A DNA stretch of 64,000 nucleotides from Lytechinus pictus (lineage: Eukaryota), in NCBI RefSeq assembly GCF_037042905.1, contig NC_087252.1:2978001-3042000 (forward strand), in the 5' to 3' direction. Both the position numbers and the translations under genes were made by a program. The notes under the pieces are model-generated. The model saw only the letters and a list, made by a program, of their open reading frames with translations. It was not told the origin of the DNA and did not search any database. The first letter of the stretch is position 1. Every line of letters begins with the position of its first letter. Below, piece by piece: positions 12,615 to 26,365 of this stretch.

Positions 12615-13436
12615 ACTAGCTCACTTGCAAAGGGGGTTAGGTCCATTTTTCATCAAATTTGATTTTTATGTCTCAATGTATAGATTTTTAGTAGCTCTAT
12701 AAGATGATACCAAAGAAAAGTTGAAATTCCCATTAAAAAGTGACTTGACATGGCAAAGAAATATAACTTTTTTTTCAAAAAGGGTGAGGTCCGTTTCAGT
12801 TTGGTTGCAAAAGTGGTTAAGTCCACACATAATTTTTAAAGAAAATTATATCTTAAAACATATGAAGACAGGTAGATTTCTTTTCTACCCAATGTTATGT
12901 TCTTATGGTAGGGTAACATGGAATTTCAGTTCCGCATTAGAATATTGCAATATGGACGAATTAAAAATAAATGATTTTCTTGGAGTGGACCATGCCCCTT
13001 TTGCAACCAAACTCTTCTGAAAAACTCATTTGTCAAAAGGAGTTAGGTCCATTTTTCATAAATTTTATTGTTTTCTGTCTCTAAACCCCTAAATTTTTAG
13101 GCTATCTGATGATACCAATGAAAATTGGAAAATTCAAATGAAAACGTGGCAAAGAAAAATCACTTTTTAAATCAAAAGAGATTGGATTCATTTCAGTTTG
13201 CTTACAAAAGGGGTAAGGTCCACAATGATATTTAAAAAAATATATATATAGACAAAATTTGAAGGCAGGTAGATTTCTTTTATACCCAATTTTATGCTCA
13301 CATGATAGGGTAGTACATCATGAAAATTTAGTTTCTTATAAGAATATTGCAATAAGTGAGAATAAAAAAAAACATGTTTTTTTGCTCGGAATGTACAATG
13401 TGGACCTAACTAACCCCTTATGCAGCTAAACTCTTC
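12615..13436. repeat. Tandem dimer of a ~400-bp TIR-type element between TA runs
   Basis: 12620-13020 and 13030-13436 are diverged direct copies, each starting ...gttaggtccatttttcat and ending ...aaactcttc. Confidence 0.8.
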
Positions 13437-16167
13437 ATATATATATATATATATATATATGCATATATATATATATGCATATATATATATATATATATAT
13501 AATATATTCTGAGTATACTCCCAAGTAAGTTGAAGTAAGTGAAATTACCCCTCAGTTTTAATGATTTTTATTTCATAATATCCACTCGCTCGATTTGAAA
13601 ACAAATAACCGGGACAAATAAATCCTAACACATATTCCCATCATTATCCGTTGTCTGATTCAGCAATAATGATCCTTACTTTACGTTATCATGGTTATGA
13701 CTATTAGCTTGACTATCCGTATAATATCGACAAGGCAATTAAGGGATATCGATGAAATACAATGATAAGATAAACAGTGATTTATCACCGGTTTATTTTA
13801 AAGATAATACACTTTTTAAGCGTTAGGGTGATACAAGAAAAAGCATTGCAATCGATCTCAACTATAGCGAATCAAATTATCCATTATATTTCAAGGGGAA
13901 GGCAATAGAACACTGCACTTAATTGCAAAAAAAGTGATAAATTATATGGTGACATGGAATCAACTTTCATGGATTTTCTTTGTAAGTGGTGTCAAATTAC
14001 TTTTTTAAAATTTTCGTTTTCTTTAAAACAAGCAATTGGGAATGCATAATGATTTCCCAACAAACATTTATACACAAAAGTAAGTGTTCTGAAGTATTAT
14101 ATTTACAACAATAAACAAAAGGAATATCACTTTTGTTGTCTCAAATCATTTGCAAATCAAAATGATACGGTTTGGAAAACAATACACCCCTGAAATGTGT
14201 AGGGAAATAATTTAGATCAGAAAAGAAAAAGCCTTATGACTTTTTGTTTTACTTTCAACCTTTTACATATTCTAAAAAAAATGTTAATCTATATATTTTG
14301 ATTAGGTTAATAGTTATTCCATTAATTTGTTTATTAATTCATTTATTAACAAGATTCATATACACACATTGGTGGATATCGTTGTAAGAAATAAATATTT
14401 TCCTCTCATACAGTGACTTTTTCTTTAATCTTGCCTTCTTTCTGTAAAGTGGTTTAATAACCTGTCACGGTTTGTTTACCCAGTGAGTGTGTGTCACTGT
14501 ATGGCAAACACGGAAACAAGTGTTTGGGGCTAATGAGACATGATTTACCCATTATTTTAATTTGCAATAAATTAAGAAAAGGTTTAAGTCTTCAATCTCG
14601 TCCTAATGGCGAATTAAGGACAAACTGAAATGCTTTCAGAATGTGTCTTAGTAATTGTTTGTAAGTTGACATTTATGAAGCAATGACCGGTGCAGTGTTT
14701 GTGAACATTATTTTTCACTGCCAAACAATCAATATTGGATATATTTATGAGCGGGTGTGCTACTACATGTACGACATTGTGCTATTGAACAAAACATTAT
14801 AAAGAATAAAAAAAAAAAAAACAAGTTAACGTATACATGACAGACTTTGATCATCGAACTTTTCATAAAGTGGTGTCTGCGTCATGATAATAAACCAATA
14901 AAAGCGATTAATACCGTATTTCTAAGCATTTTATATTACCATGGTTCCAACACTTGCTATATGCATATCCTAGCACGGTTATCCTGATTTCGTTTTGATT
15001 ATATAGGCCCTATTACTTTATTTCCATAGACACTCTGAAACTGGAGAGATTTCTAAGCAGGTTAAATAATCAAAACGACTTCCTTTTGTTTATAGCATTG
15101 CCGTGATTATTACGTGTGCTTTTTTTTAATACAGTTTCACTCATATTGACGTTTATAATAATCATGGATTATAATTGAACATGGGAAATATATTAATGCA
15201 CAGATATGCTTCGTGTCACGATAATTTGAAAGATACATCACATTCGACCCCATCAGTAAGTTTGTAAACCTGACTCAAGGTCTGCTATAGGCAAGTTTTA
15301 TTCAAATTCTGAACTTAGATCACTATAATTAAACAAACTATCCCAAGCTCACTTAACAGACCACTAAACAAACAAATACCATACCGCGTCATCTCTTGTG
15401 TATTTACAGGTTAATCTTTAACAACGACATCCAAACTCTCGTAAAAAGAAAAATACAAGAAATAAAATTTATTTAAGGAGATACGATCGTGCGTTGGCCC
15501 GTATTAGTTTAGTAATGGCTCATACATCAAGCATGCCTCACGTAACTGCGAAGTTAGTGCATGTACTCAGTAAGAGCTCTGTAGGCGGGGAAGCAATGCC
15601 AAAGTTATGAATCTTTTGATAAGATGGACTGATGCTATGTGCTTTAAACAGCGAAACATATATTTTGAAAATATTGTTTAGATGTGAAGTTGTAATTTTT
15701 TTGTCTTTAAAGAGCAGAGACAATACCGAGGAAAGCAATTATATTTTTATAACTGTATTGTAGGTAGATATGAGCTTTAATTAAAATTTGGAAAAAAAAT
15801 AGTAGGGCGTAGATCAAACTATTCAAACAATAACATAATAACTATGTATATCATGATATTGCCTCCTTAATTGAAAGCCAATATAGTTTTTAATGTCTTT
15901 CAGTCTTTTTAGTTTATGTCTAGAGTAGAGAAAGAGTTAAGGATATAATTTGCCAGAAAATGTTCGTTGGATGGGAATGTGAAATCAATGTTTCAGAGAT
16001 CACAGACCCCTTACCAAAATTGGACATTGTCTTTTCCCCCTTCAAAATCAGAAAAAGGAACTCTTTTAGAATCATAGACCTATCAAGGTTGTGACTTTTA
16101 ATTCTAATCATTTGGGGTCAAAATATCCCAGTTGCATCTCATAATCATCGTATTCATTTTAGTACAA

Positions 16168-16318
16168 CTGGGGCCCGTTGCAGAAAGAGTTGCAATCAAA
16201 CGCAACTTCAAAAATCATGCGCAACTTGATTTTCAACCAATCAACAGCGCGCATTTGGGACTTGCGATTGATATGTTGACTTGCGTTTAAACGCAACTCT
16301 TTCTGCAACGGACCCCAG
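16168..16318. mobile_element. MITE
   Basis: TIR ctggggcccgttgcagaaagagttgc / gcaactctttctgcaacggaccccag. Confidence 0.85.
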
Positions 16319-17149
16319 GTCATAACTCGCAGCTATTAATTATGTTATTTTTCATAGAGATATGAATAATAAATCTATGTGGTTTTTAATTGCGGGCATC
16401 TTGCAAATAAAATTGCTGGGATTAGACTACTCTTTAAGTGTTCCCCCAAGAAAAAAAAATATTTCCTACATTCAAATTCAATTCAAGATCATGGTTTATT
16501 AACAAAAACACATGTCTTGCAATAAAAAAATTGAATTTCACCATGTTTCACATCATATTAATTATAATATACATTATTGGTAGCACATTGCGAAAACCGA
16601 TGTTTTTCATTTTCAAAATCTTCTTATATCAATATCAACGTATTTATTTCATCGCTGAACTCGTACTGCAAAAATGGTTATAAATATAACTGCTCATTGA
16701 GCAAATATTGAAAATGAAAGAAGCGGGCTCACAAATGATAGACTCTAGTTTGGGGTAGGTGGCGCTATCCAAACCATTGTAAAGGGCGCCTTGAATTCCC
16801 TATCCTTTTAAATCAGGCATACAAAGTATCAGTTTGTAGTTGCAAACAAGAAAAATAAATCATTGATAACGATTTCTAAAAGCCGAAAATCGGGTCGGTA
16901 TCAATTATGAATGTTCAATGCCTTGCCGAGTATTGAACCCCGAACATTCCTCGCGTAGTATGACCTTAGACCAGTCGGCCACGGCACCTGATCACGTGAG
17001 ATCAAACGATTAGATATCACAAAACCATGACATCATTAATCAAACAAATAAAATGAATAGATTTGTTAAAAAAAAGTTTCCGATAGAAAATTCATTTCCG
17101 ATCGGATCATAAAAAATAGTTAACAGCGGCAGCCCGGCCCACGATCTAT

Positions 17150-17575
17150 TAAGGCCACCGCACACCTTACGACTGGTCGCGATCCGATTTCAGAATAAAA
17201 TGAAGTAGAATTCGATGCTTATAATGAGACTTGGAATATCTTACTGTGTAGGCCTAATGTTCTACATCATCTTACGAATACCTATTTTCAAATATGTGAC
17301 TATGCTATCATCCTTTTTTAGAATAAAAGCGAATTTAATATCTAGTCGTAATGACGTCATAGCAGTCGCACGATTTGCTACGATTTGAAACTAATTTGGC
17401 ATGTGCTCCAAAATAAAGGCTTGCAATCTCTTAAAATTGTTAAATTAGTATTCTTTCAATTAATTTTAACCTCAAATAAAATGATATGTTCCATTCACAT
17501 TTTCAGAAAATGAGCAAACTGCGATTTGTTCCAAAATCGGATCGCGAACATTTGTAAGGTGTGCGGTGGGCTTTA
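17150..17575. mobile_element. MITE, possibly PIF/Harbinger-like
   Basis: TIR ccaccgcacaccttac / gtaaggtgtgcggtgg plus inner tcgcgatccgattt / aaatcggatcgcga. Confidence 0.8.
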
Positions 17576-17664
17576 GACAAAGCACATTTCGGAGTATTTC
17601 ATTTTTATTTCGAACAATAAAATATGGATTTTCATAATTTTTCATTTTTTTTTCTTATTTCATC

Positions 17665-18135
17665 TTTATCTGGTATAACAAATTATGTAGTGGATTTTTA
17701 AAAATCTCGATTCTGTGCAGGATATGTCATACATTACTTTTGACACAAGAGGTCGCTGGTCAAACACTCTGAAAAAGGCAGGTATCAGTTCATATTTTCA
17801 AATGCAACAATGAGACCTCTATGTAGCTAACTGCACCCTGAAAAGTGCAGAAAGTCTCGTAGTGTGCAACTTGAACCCGGTAGGAGGAGGTCTCATTGTT
17901 GCATTTGAAAATATGAAATGACACCAGCCTTTTTCAGTGTGTATGACTAGCGACCTCTTGTGTCAAAATTAAAGGTCAAGTCCATCCAAGAAAAATGAAG
18001 ATTTGAATAAATAGAGAAAAATCAAACTAACATAACGCTGAAAATTTCATCTATTCATTCATTAATGTATGGAATATCCTGCACGCCATCGAGATTCAAT
18101 AAATCTCCACTACATAAATAGTAATACCAGATAAA
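17665..18135. mobile_element. Foldback element with long inverted arms, interrupted by a Kolobok-like MITE end at ~17969-18050
   Basis: tttgacacaagaggtcgct...aatgagacct mirrored by aggtctcatt...agcgacctcttgtgtcaaa; outer arms tttatctggta...cattac mirrored beyond the insert. Confidence 0.8.
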
Positions 18136-18582
18136 TATTATTTGCATGGTCAGGTGTTCGATGACAACTGCTCCAGCGACAATGGCTCCGATGGAAAATC
18201 TGCACGTTAAGCCAAACGTAAAATCTATATATGCTCCAACAATATTAAACCCTAATCCATATCCTTACATTATTCTGAACCAAATACTCTATTACAACCC
18301 CAACTCTAACCTTATGCCCTCTGATATATTAAGACCGGAGCAAATGTGTCATCAGTTTGGTTCCCTAACATGTCACATGACAGGTCACATGGGCAAACAC
18401 GACATCACACCGATCAAAGCCTTTACGTCATTGTGCGTAGATATGTACCCTTTAAGAAAGGTGTTGATTTTCAACATTTTGCACTGGAAAATATGTTCCC
18501 TGAATGGTGCAAACTTGCATGTTTTAGGGTGCGAACGGGCATTTTAATACGGAGAGCACACAGGATCAATAATTTAGCATTT

Positions 18583-20772
18583 CACAGTGAGCCAGACTGG
18601 TTTGGGTGACTCGCCGTTTTTTTGCCGTTTTTTCTCTCTTTTTTCTCCCTTTTTCCCCACAGGAAACGGCTAGAAAAGGGCGAGAAAACGGCTAAAAAAC
18701 GGCGACAAAAAAAGTGTACCGACTATGGAAAGCTAACTGTATGCAACAATAATTTTCATCAGAATAAAATGGCGAATACCTCCCTTGTGGAAAACGGCTA
18801 CAAAACGGCTAATAAAGGGCGAATACCTCCCTCGTGGAAAACTGCTTCAAAACGGCTAATAAATGGCGAATACCTTGTGGTAAACGGCTACAATACGGGT
18901 AATAAAGGGCGAATACCTCACTTGTGGAAAACGGCTACAAAATGGCTAAAGGGCTAATATCTCCCTTGCGGAAACGGTAAAACGGCTAATATAAGGGTGA
19001 TACCTCCCTCGGGGAAAAAGCCTTCGAAACTGCTAATAAATGGCGAAAGGCACAAAAGTAATAATAAATAGGACTAAACAAGTACAAATTAGCAAATAAT
19101 GTACCACACAAGCGAGTGAGTGTACAATTGTGACAACTTGGAATAAAATTGATACTGCCGTAATGTATGGTGATATACACTGTATAATTCCGAACAATCT
19201 TCATTTTTTTTCAATCATATCAAACCTTTTCTTAAAATTCATCAAACTTCCACCATAAAGTAATCACAAATACCTACAAAATATGAAAATTTAAAAATGG
19301 CTGAAATCAATTGGCCTATATCTATAAAAAAAAACTCATCAGATTCCGATTGCGCCCCTCTTCGCATGTGACATGATTTTCACTTGTGGTTCGTATACCA
19401 AACATGTGTTTGGTATATTATTACAAAAATCTATAATTAACTAATTTTCACCATATTTTGTTATTTTTAGAAAATAGATACTTCATAAATATGATTTTTT
19501 TTCATCATCTTTTTCTTTTGGAAAGATGTTGCAAAGTGCTAAATGTATGCAATATATACTGTACTGTACTGTATTATTTTCTTTATCTTCTTGGGCTTGT
19601 TACCACAAAAGACCACAAATAGTAGACGGGGATTTTATATTATGCCCCCCCCCTTTCCAAAAAGTGAGGGACGCGTCCCCCTCAGGTTCCCGCCCATGAA
19701 GACGGGAAAATAAGAGTAAAGAATAAAGTATTCAATTAAGTTTCAATCGAATTCAATTAAATTTTATTTTCTTCTGATTGACATTTAATCAAATTTCACA
19801 TGAAATATAAAAAAATATTGAAATAAAACAATGAATGGAGGCCTATACAATATGTAAATTAGATTTATGAAAGAAGGCGTAACCCCCCCCCCCACAGAAA
19901 GCAGGTATGTTATGCGCAGGGCCCGATGGGAGTATAGTAACGTTCATAAGAGCTGAAGTGGCTACCCCGGGTAAAATAACAATATTTTTATCTGTATGAA
20001 ATGAGAATTATTACTAAATATTCCCCATGAAAACGAGAGCTTATTTCCAAAAGGAGTTCTTAAGAAAGTCTTAAGTTTATAGAAATGTTGAAAATATATA
20101 TTCTACGCTTTCTATAGTCGCTTTTTCCCATTTTATGGAATGCATATCACACATTTTCACAATTTTTTAGCCATTTTATGCAATGCATGTCGTACTACCC
20201 ATTCGCCCTTTTCTTTTTAACCCTTTTTTTCTCCGTTTCATGCTCTCACCTCTTACTACCCATCCGCCCTTTCTGTTTTATTCGCCCTTTTCTCTCCGTT
20301 TTCTCGCCCTTTTCTCTCCATTTTATGCACTGCACGCCTTACTACCCATTCGCCCTTTTGTCTCCGTTTTCTCGCCCTTTTATCTCCGTTTTATGCAATG
20401 CGCGCCTTACATGTACTACCCATTCGCCCTTTTGTCTCCGTTTTCTTGCCCTTTTCTCTCCGTTTATTAGCCGTTTTCTTTCAGTATCTTCACTCCTCTA
20501 ACAGGATCCTTCGCCGTTTTCTCACCGTTTTCATGGGGAAATAAATAGCTCCGCTTATATTGGACAATGATGGCACTCCATAATAATTCAAGGTTTACGT
20601 AGGAAACCTAATGTAGCCGTTTTTTGGCCGTTTTTTCTCCAAAAATTCTCCCTTTCATCGCCCTTTTCTAGCCGTTTTCAAAACGGCGAAAAAACTGCAA
20701 CTTTGAATTTCCCATAGGTTATAACACACAAAACGGCTAAAAAAGGGCGAAAAACTGCAGTGGCTCACTGTG
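18583..20772. mobile_element. ~2.2-kb non-autonomous EnSpm/CACTA-like element with subterminal repeat arrays
   Basis: 12-bp TIR CACAGTGAGCCA / TGGCTCACTGTG flanked by ttt; many aaacggc/gggcgaa repeats in opposite orientation at the two ends. Confidence 0.8.
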
Positions 20773-20793
20773 TTTGTTTATAGCCGGTGCCCA

Positions 20794-20990
20794 CACTCTT
20801 AAAATGTTGGGCAACATACTTTCCACACAACAATTGATTTAAAAAATGTATCCAACCCTGGGTAGTTTTCAACCAATACTGTGTAGTTTTCACCCAAAGC
20901 ACATATTATTGGTTTAAAAATACCTAGAATTGGATAAAGTTTTAACAAATTGTTGTGTGGACAGTAAGTTGCCCAACATTTTTAAGAGTG
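20794..20990. mobile_element. Palindromic EnSpm-like MITE, 2-bp TSD CA
   Basis: cactcttaaaatgttgggcaac...gttgcccaacatttttaagagtg flanked by ca/ca. Confidence 0.85.
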
Positions 20991-23678
20991 CAGTGTACTT
21001 TTGGTCCAATCGTGAACGATTTGTGTTGGTGTGTAGCGCCAGCTTCAGGCGAAGGATGCACGCGAATGTCGCGAATGTAAATAAAAATAATAATAAAGAA
21101 ATAAAATAATAGATGTCAACATGATATAAACTTAGTCAGTTTGGACGGGTATTATTTAGCAAAATTGTTTCTCTTCTTTCTGGAAATGCATATGTATTAT
21201 CGCTTTATTCTAAGACTCCTCTGCTCGCTGCCCTCATAATTGCGATGTACTGATTATTGAGAAAATGTAATTGTTTCTGACTAGATGGATTATCTTTTTT
21301 ATGGGGATTAATATGGAGTACTACTAATACAAAATATAAGGGTTCTCTTCCCAAACCCGCATAATTTATCAATCATTTTCCTTTCACTAATTGAATGTAT
21401 TACAAAGGTAGTGATATTTTTAAGTAGGGAAAGTGGGATATCTTGGACATGTTGGAGATTATTATTTCTCCATCTGGACAAAATATCATCCCGTTGAACA
21501 TGAAGAGGGCATCGTAGAACATTGTCCTGACAGTCTACGCTGTTTTACCATAAGTTGTATATATAGATGCATGGATGTCTCTTACGCACACCCTAAAATA
21601 CTTTGTAAACATGACAGCGAATTTTTGCGTGAAAATTTACCCATAAGCCCCATAAGACATGATTTTTTTAAATACAAAACACAAATTTGTAAAAATGTAT
21701 GTTGATGTTTTCGCTTTTCAAGTGTGATTCATTTGGAAATTTAAAATAAGTTAATTTCTTCATTTGATTTTGAATAGATTCCGATATTTTTATTTTTCTT
21801 GTTTTTTTTGTAAACAAGATACAGAAATTGAATTTATGAAATATCATTTTGATGCGTGAATCAGTTAAAGATGATTTTGTTTGAGTTAGAGCATATCATC
21901 AATGTAATGGTGTAATAATCGTGAGACACTCAGGCAGATTCACCGAATGAGTGTATTCTTAATCGTCATCTTGAACGCGCATTCCCATTACAATAATGTT
22001 CAGTATGTGCTACACCTATGATAACACAATGACAATGGGCCCCTTCAAAAATCTGCCTAAATCCACAACATTCCACTCCATATATAACTTATACTTGGTC
22101 TCGAATGACCCCAGGTGCCCTTCCAAACAAAGTCGAGTTTTCCTGCCCGACTTCCCGAACTTTCAAAAACCGCTTGTGCATTTAGCATTTAGTGATGTGT
22201 AATGTACCTCCATAGGCCTCATCATTACTACATTATGGTGCTACCGATTATTTTAACTTTTTTTTCATTTCCATTATCTCCACAATGCCCTAGAAAAATT
22301 TAGAACATGCACGGATGACATAACCGGTAACATTATTATAATGCATTATGCATAATATATATCAGTAATATATTTAACAAAAAACATTATAACGACACAA
22401 TTAGCTCTCGCATTAACCACATTAATACACAAGGCCTACATCACATTGTGCATATAGGCCTAACCGTAAAAAAAACCGTTACACTAATTTTTAAATCATC
22501 ATGGCTTAACCCACTTGGTGAACTATGAATTGTTGCTATATTAGCCAACTTTTGGCCATGCAAGTATCATTTGGTTTGTAGTCCATACGGTCTTAATTTC
22601 CATTCATCTAATTATTTTGGCGCGTTTGGATCATTCGTCATTATCACAGAGACTTATAAGACTTAGACCAGCCGAATACAGACTGAAAATTGGACAGAGT
22701 GGTAATTGGCTAAATGGCAACATGGACTAAGTGGCTAGTAGATGATATGGTTTCAGAACTAGGATTAGGATATACCTTGCATCGGGGATGTTGTGATCAA
22801 GCAGAACATAAACAAAGTTTCAGCAGACCGACTGGCTGTTCGAGTGTCACCAGGTGCGAATTTAATCCTGCATCTGCATATTTTTTCCCCCATTTGGCCG
22901 CTATTTTTCTATTTTCTCAATTACAGGCATAATCATTAAATATATTACCAGTGCACATTCAAGTTTTACTGGTATGATGGCCTCCGTGAATAAAGTACAG
23001 ACGCGGGCCAATGATCAGTTCATGTACTTGGCATAAACATGATAAATGCAGATGATAACGTACCACTCCCCTTTTTTGCAAGTTTAATGTTATGGTGGAA
23101 ATGTGTCCATTTCTATCAGTCAATACGTTTTTCATCTTCTCACATACTTTGATAGAAACTATGGCTGATAAAGAACTAATAACCAATTTCTGTCTTCAAT
23201 ATTTTTTGTCAAAATACAATTTTGGAAATCCTGAATCAATATCATGTTCAGTTAACGCAAACTTTAAGAAATTAATTTATGGAACTTACAGTTTTTGTAT
23301 GTCACATTTGCCAATTTATTGTAGTCTTTGCTGGATATTTTTGTTTTGTTTTGATTTCTCATGCATATGCAAATGATTAGATAGAGTGAGGGTATATTTG
23401 GAAGCAACAATTTAGTCATATCCTGCCACAACTATCATTTAAATTTCATTTGAGTTGACGAAACCTCTTTTATAATGTTGGAGATCACTTTACTGAGTCT
23501 GAAACCCTTACGTTGCTGATTTTCATAACAATAACGCTTTAGGCAATCAGTATGATATCTTAATGATCAATGTAGTATGTGCGACTTTGACGAAAACACA
23601 GCAAATATGTTTACGAAAGTGACGCGAAGGCTTTTTTTGGCTCGGGCTTTGTAATTGTGTATTTGAATAAGCAGACTA

Positions 23679-23905
23679 CACAGTAAACACGCTGTGAAAA
23701 GTTATACAACGCTGAACGCTGTTTAATATAATGGACATTACAGTTGTTGATTAAATGGATCAAACAATTTTAATATTTTTTAACAATAATGTTTTGTTTA
23801 TAATATTCAATTCTCAATTGATTAAACATGGTTGTTTAAACTCTTAAACAACCACTGTAAAGTTCATATAGTAAACAGTGTTGTATACAATTTTAAACAG
23901 CGTGT
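23679..23905. mobile_element. Degenerate palindromic MITE
   Basis: acacgctgt...tatacaac mirrored by gttgtata...acagcgtgt. Confidence 0.6.
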
Positions 23906-26298
23906 GCCCAGCAGTACGCTTAAATAGTTGAGTTTGGAAGCTTTTTTTTTAGTATTTTGGAGAAAGTGAATGAAGGTAAATGAAAGTAAATAAAAGTAAC
24001 TGGGAATATCAATGGCGTTATGAGCAAAACAATATTAGACCAGAAAATGCACAAATCTGCAATTCCATAAGCTGGAATCATAGGAATCATGGGGAAAGAG
24101 AATGTAAATATTGGATATGAAATATAATAACGCTCAATAATATGAATGTGGTCTACAAACTATAAGGCTTTGCCTTGACCTACTAGGTTTGTTTAGTTTT
24201 ATTTTAACTATCAATGGATATGTGATTGAAGCTGGCACGGGTCGATAGTGTTGGTCAGACGACAAACCTTTTTATATGCAGTTTGTGGTTTAACACCCCC
24301 GAGGATGTCCAGATGTTTGGCGATGAATACCAACGATGAAATGATTTTCCATCTCTCTCACCCAGGTGAATATCTATTAATTAGTTAATTGATTAATTTA
24401 CTTATTCATTTATTTTATTTCTAGTTAAGGTAATACAAACACATAGAAGCCTGAAAGACCACCGACTGGTCACCGTCACGGGTTGCGAAATTTGGAAAGT
24501 AAGTGGAAACTGTTTTACTACCATTACGTTATTTACTTGTGTTTATTTAATATAAGCTATTTGAAACACAAGCCTAAACACCAACATTTTGTTTTGTTTA
24601 GAAAACTAAACGTGACTAAGTGCTCCTAAAACCGTAATCTAACATTACAAAAAAGAAGAAGAAAGAAATCAGTATGCCCCAACCTCGAATAATAAAAACA
24701 GGGAAAAGGAAAGCGAGAAGTTGTCAGAAAGCCAGCAAAAACACAATCGAGAAACGGAAAGGAAAGTTTGACAGTCTCGGGTAACTTTATCAAGGATACA
24801 ATGGCTCCTTTCCCTTTTGTAAAACTAGTCTGTAAGTATTTATACTTGACAGGATATTTCAGGGAAAAAATTATGGCTTAAAGGGATTCGAATTTCGCGT
24901 CGTGCTACACTTGCCTCGCCAACTTCATCAATAGGGAAGATTGTAACTTCGAAATGCAAGGACATTTGAGATTGTACAAAACTATTTTTGAAGAATAGAA
25001 GGATCGCCGAAAATTTGAGGCTTTTAATAAACATTTGATTGGCAAAGAAGATGAAGAAAACATTAAGTGGATTTGTTTTGTTTTTGTGTGTTTGTTTCGA
25101 GCAGGCATTTGATTCTCTTTGGCAATTTTACAGCTGCTTGTCGGATGTTTATATGTATGTGTAATGATATAATCTTTTCATTTTTCGCTTGCCACGTGAT
25201 TACGTTGTTGGCCGGATATAACCATGATAGCGGTAGGCCTATATGGTAGATATATCCATATCCTCGGAATTTGAAAATTAAAATAATTTTGGCAAGTGAC
25301 TATAGTATCGTTTCAATTTTCAAAACATTTTTTTTCTCGTTTTATGACAAGACAATAAAACCTGGGTGGTTCCATTTGCTCTGTCGTCAAGTACTCTGCT
25401 GTACATTTCACACATTAATGAGATGACCAACATCAACCCTGGATTGACCACTATGCCCTACATGTATCCTAAACCTTAACCTTAACCTAGCATAAAACCC
25501 TGTTGAAATCCTAACCCTACATCTTAGACAAAATTGAGCCCGGAGCAACTATTGCAGAAACAAATTTCGCATCACCACTTGGGTTTCCTACATGTGTTTA
25601 ATATAATTTACATTTATTTCATTCTCTATCATAAAAATATAATACAAAACATAGTTCATAAACAAATGAAAAATTATTAGCGGAAACTCCGCCTTATTAT
25701 CAAGCCTGCATTTTTTTAAATTTCCAATTGTCCCAAATGTCCCCAATGATGTCCCCAATCAGAAAGTATTATCATCTGTGTAAGAAGATTATGTTTTCTC
25801 ATCTCTTTTGAGTGGTCTTATATGGTTTCATTATACGTCGACTCCAATGCTCTGCCTTTTGGACGTAAGGCCCGGTGAGGGCGGTGTACCATGTCAACAT
25901 TAATCTGACCGTCGACACAATTTAGAGGGGAGTTGAATACGAACATTTGGCTACTCAGCTCGTACTCAGCTACGATCCGATCTTAAAGTATCCCACGAAA
26001 TCGCTTGGACGAAAACTCTACTTCAAATTTTCGACTGATTCAGAACAGGAAAACAGGAGGAAGAGGCTTTATTCAACGTTATATACGAAAGACTATTCAT
26101 CTTCTGAGGGAGGAAACCACACTTTTCATCAAATCTACTCAAGCGCGCAGACGGACACAACTGTGGAGTTTCCGACTTCAATACCCTCAACAAAAACCAA
26201 ACAAATATCTCACTCTGCTGTTATTATCCCATTCAAACTTGTAGAGTAAAGGATCGGACGGGGTCACATATTTTAGTATCTGGAGCAGCCGAACAGCA

Positions 26299-26365
26299 AT
26301 GGAGGGGCACTGGAGTGTTATGGTGCTTGTATTTACCGCATGCCTGGGACCGCCCATGTGTTCAA
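26299..26365 (+). CDS. IgSF receptor exon 1 (signal peptide)
   Basis: gcaATGG start context; MEGHWSVMVLVFTACLGPPMCS followed by a phase-1 gtgagt donor that matches the phase of exon 2. Confidence 0.75.

Noticed and set aside
18583..18620. Functional V(D)J recombination signal or ProtoRAG end
   Set aside because: The heptamer is present, but there is no ACAAAAACC-like nonamer at 12 or 23 bp, no 5-bp TSD and no RAG-like coding sequence.
18622..20501. Repetitive ORFs (18622-18957, 20178-20501) or a CRISPR-like array
   Set aside because: These are translations of transposon subterminal tandem repeats; there are no unique spacers or cas genes, and the DNA is eukaryotic.
21433..21705. KVGYLGHV motif resembling Gypsy reverse transcriptase
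   Set aside because: Only a few residues match, and the flanking translation shows no RT/RNase H motifs.
25947..26249. Two overlapping ORFs upstream of the IgSF start
   Set aside because: They start at non-ATG codons and show no recognisable protein features; this is most likely the 5' UTR or promoter of the IgSF gene.
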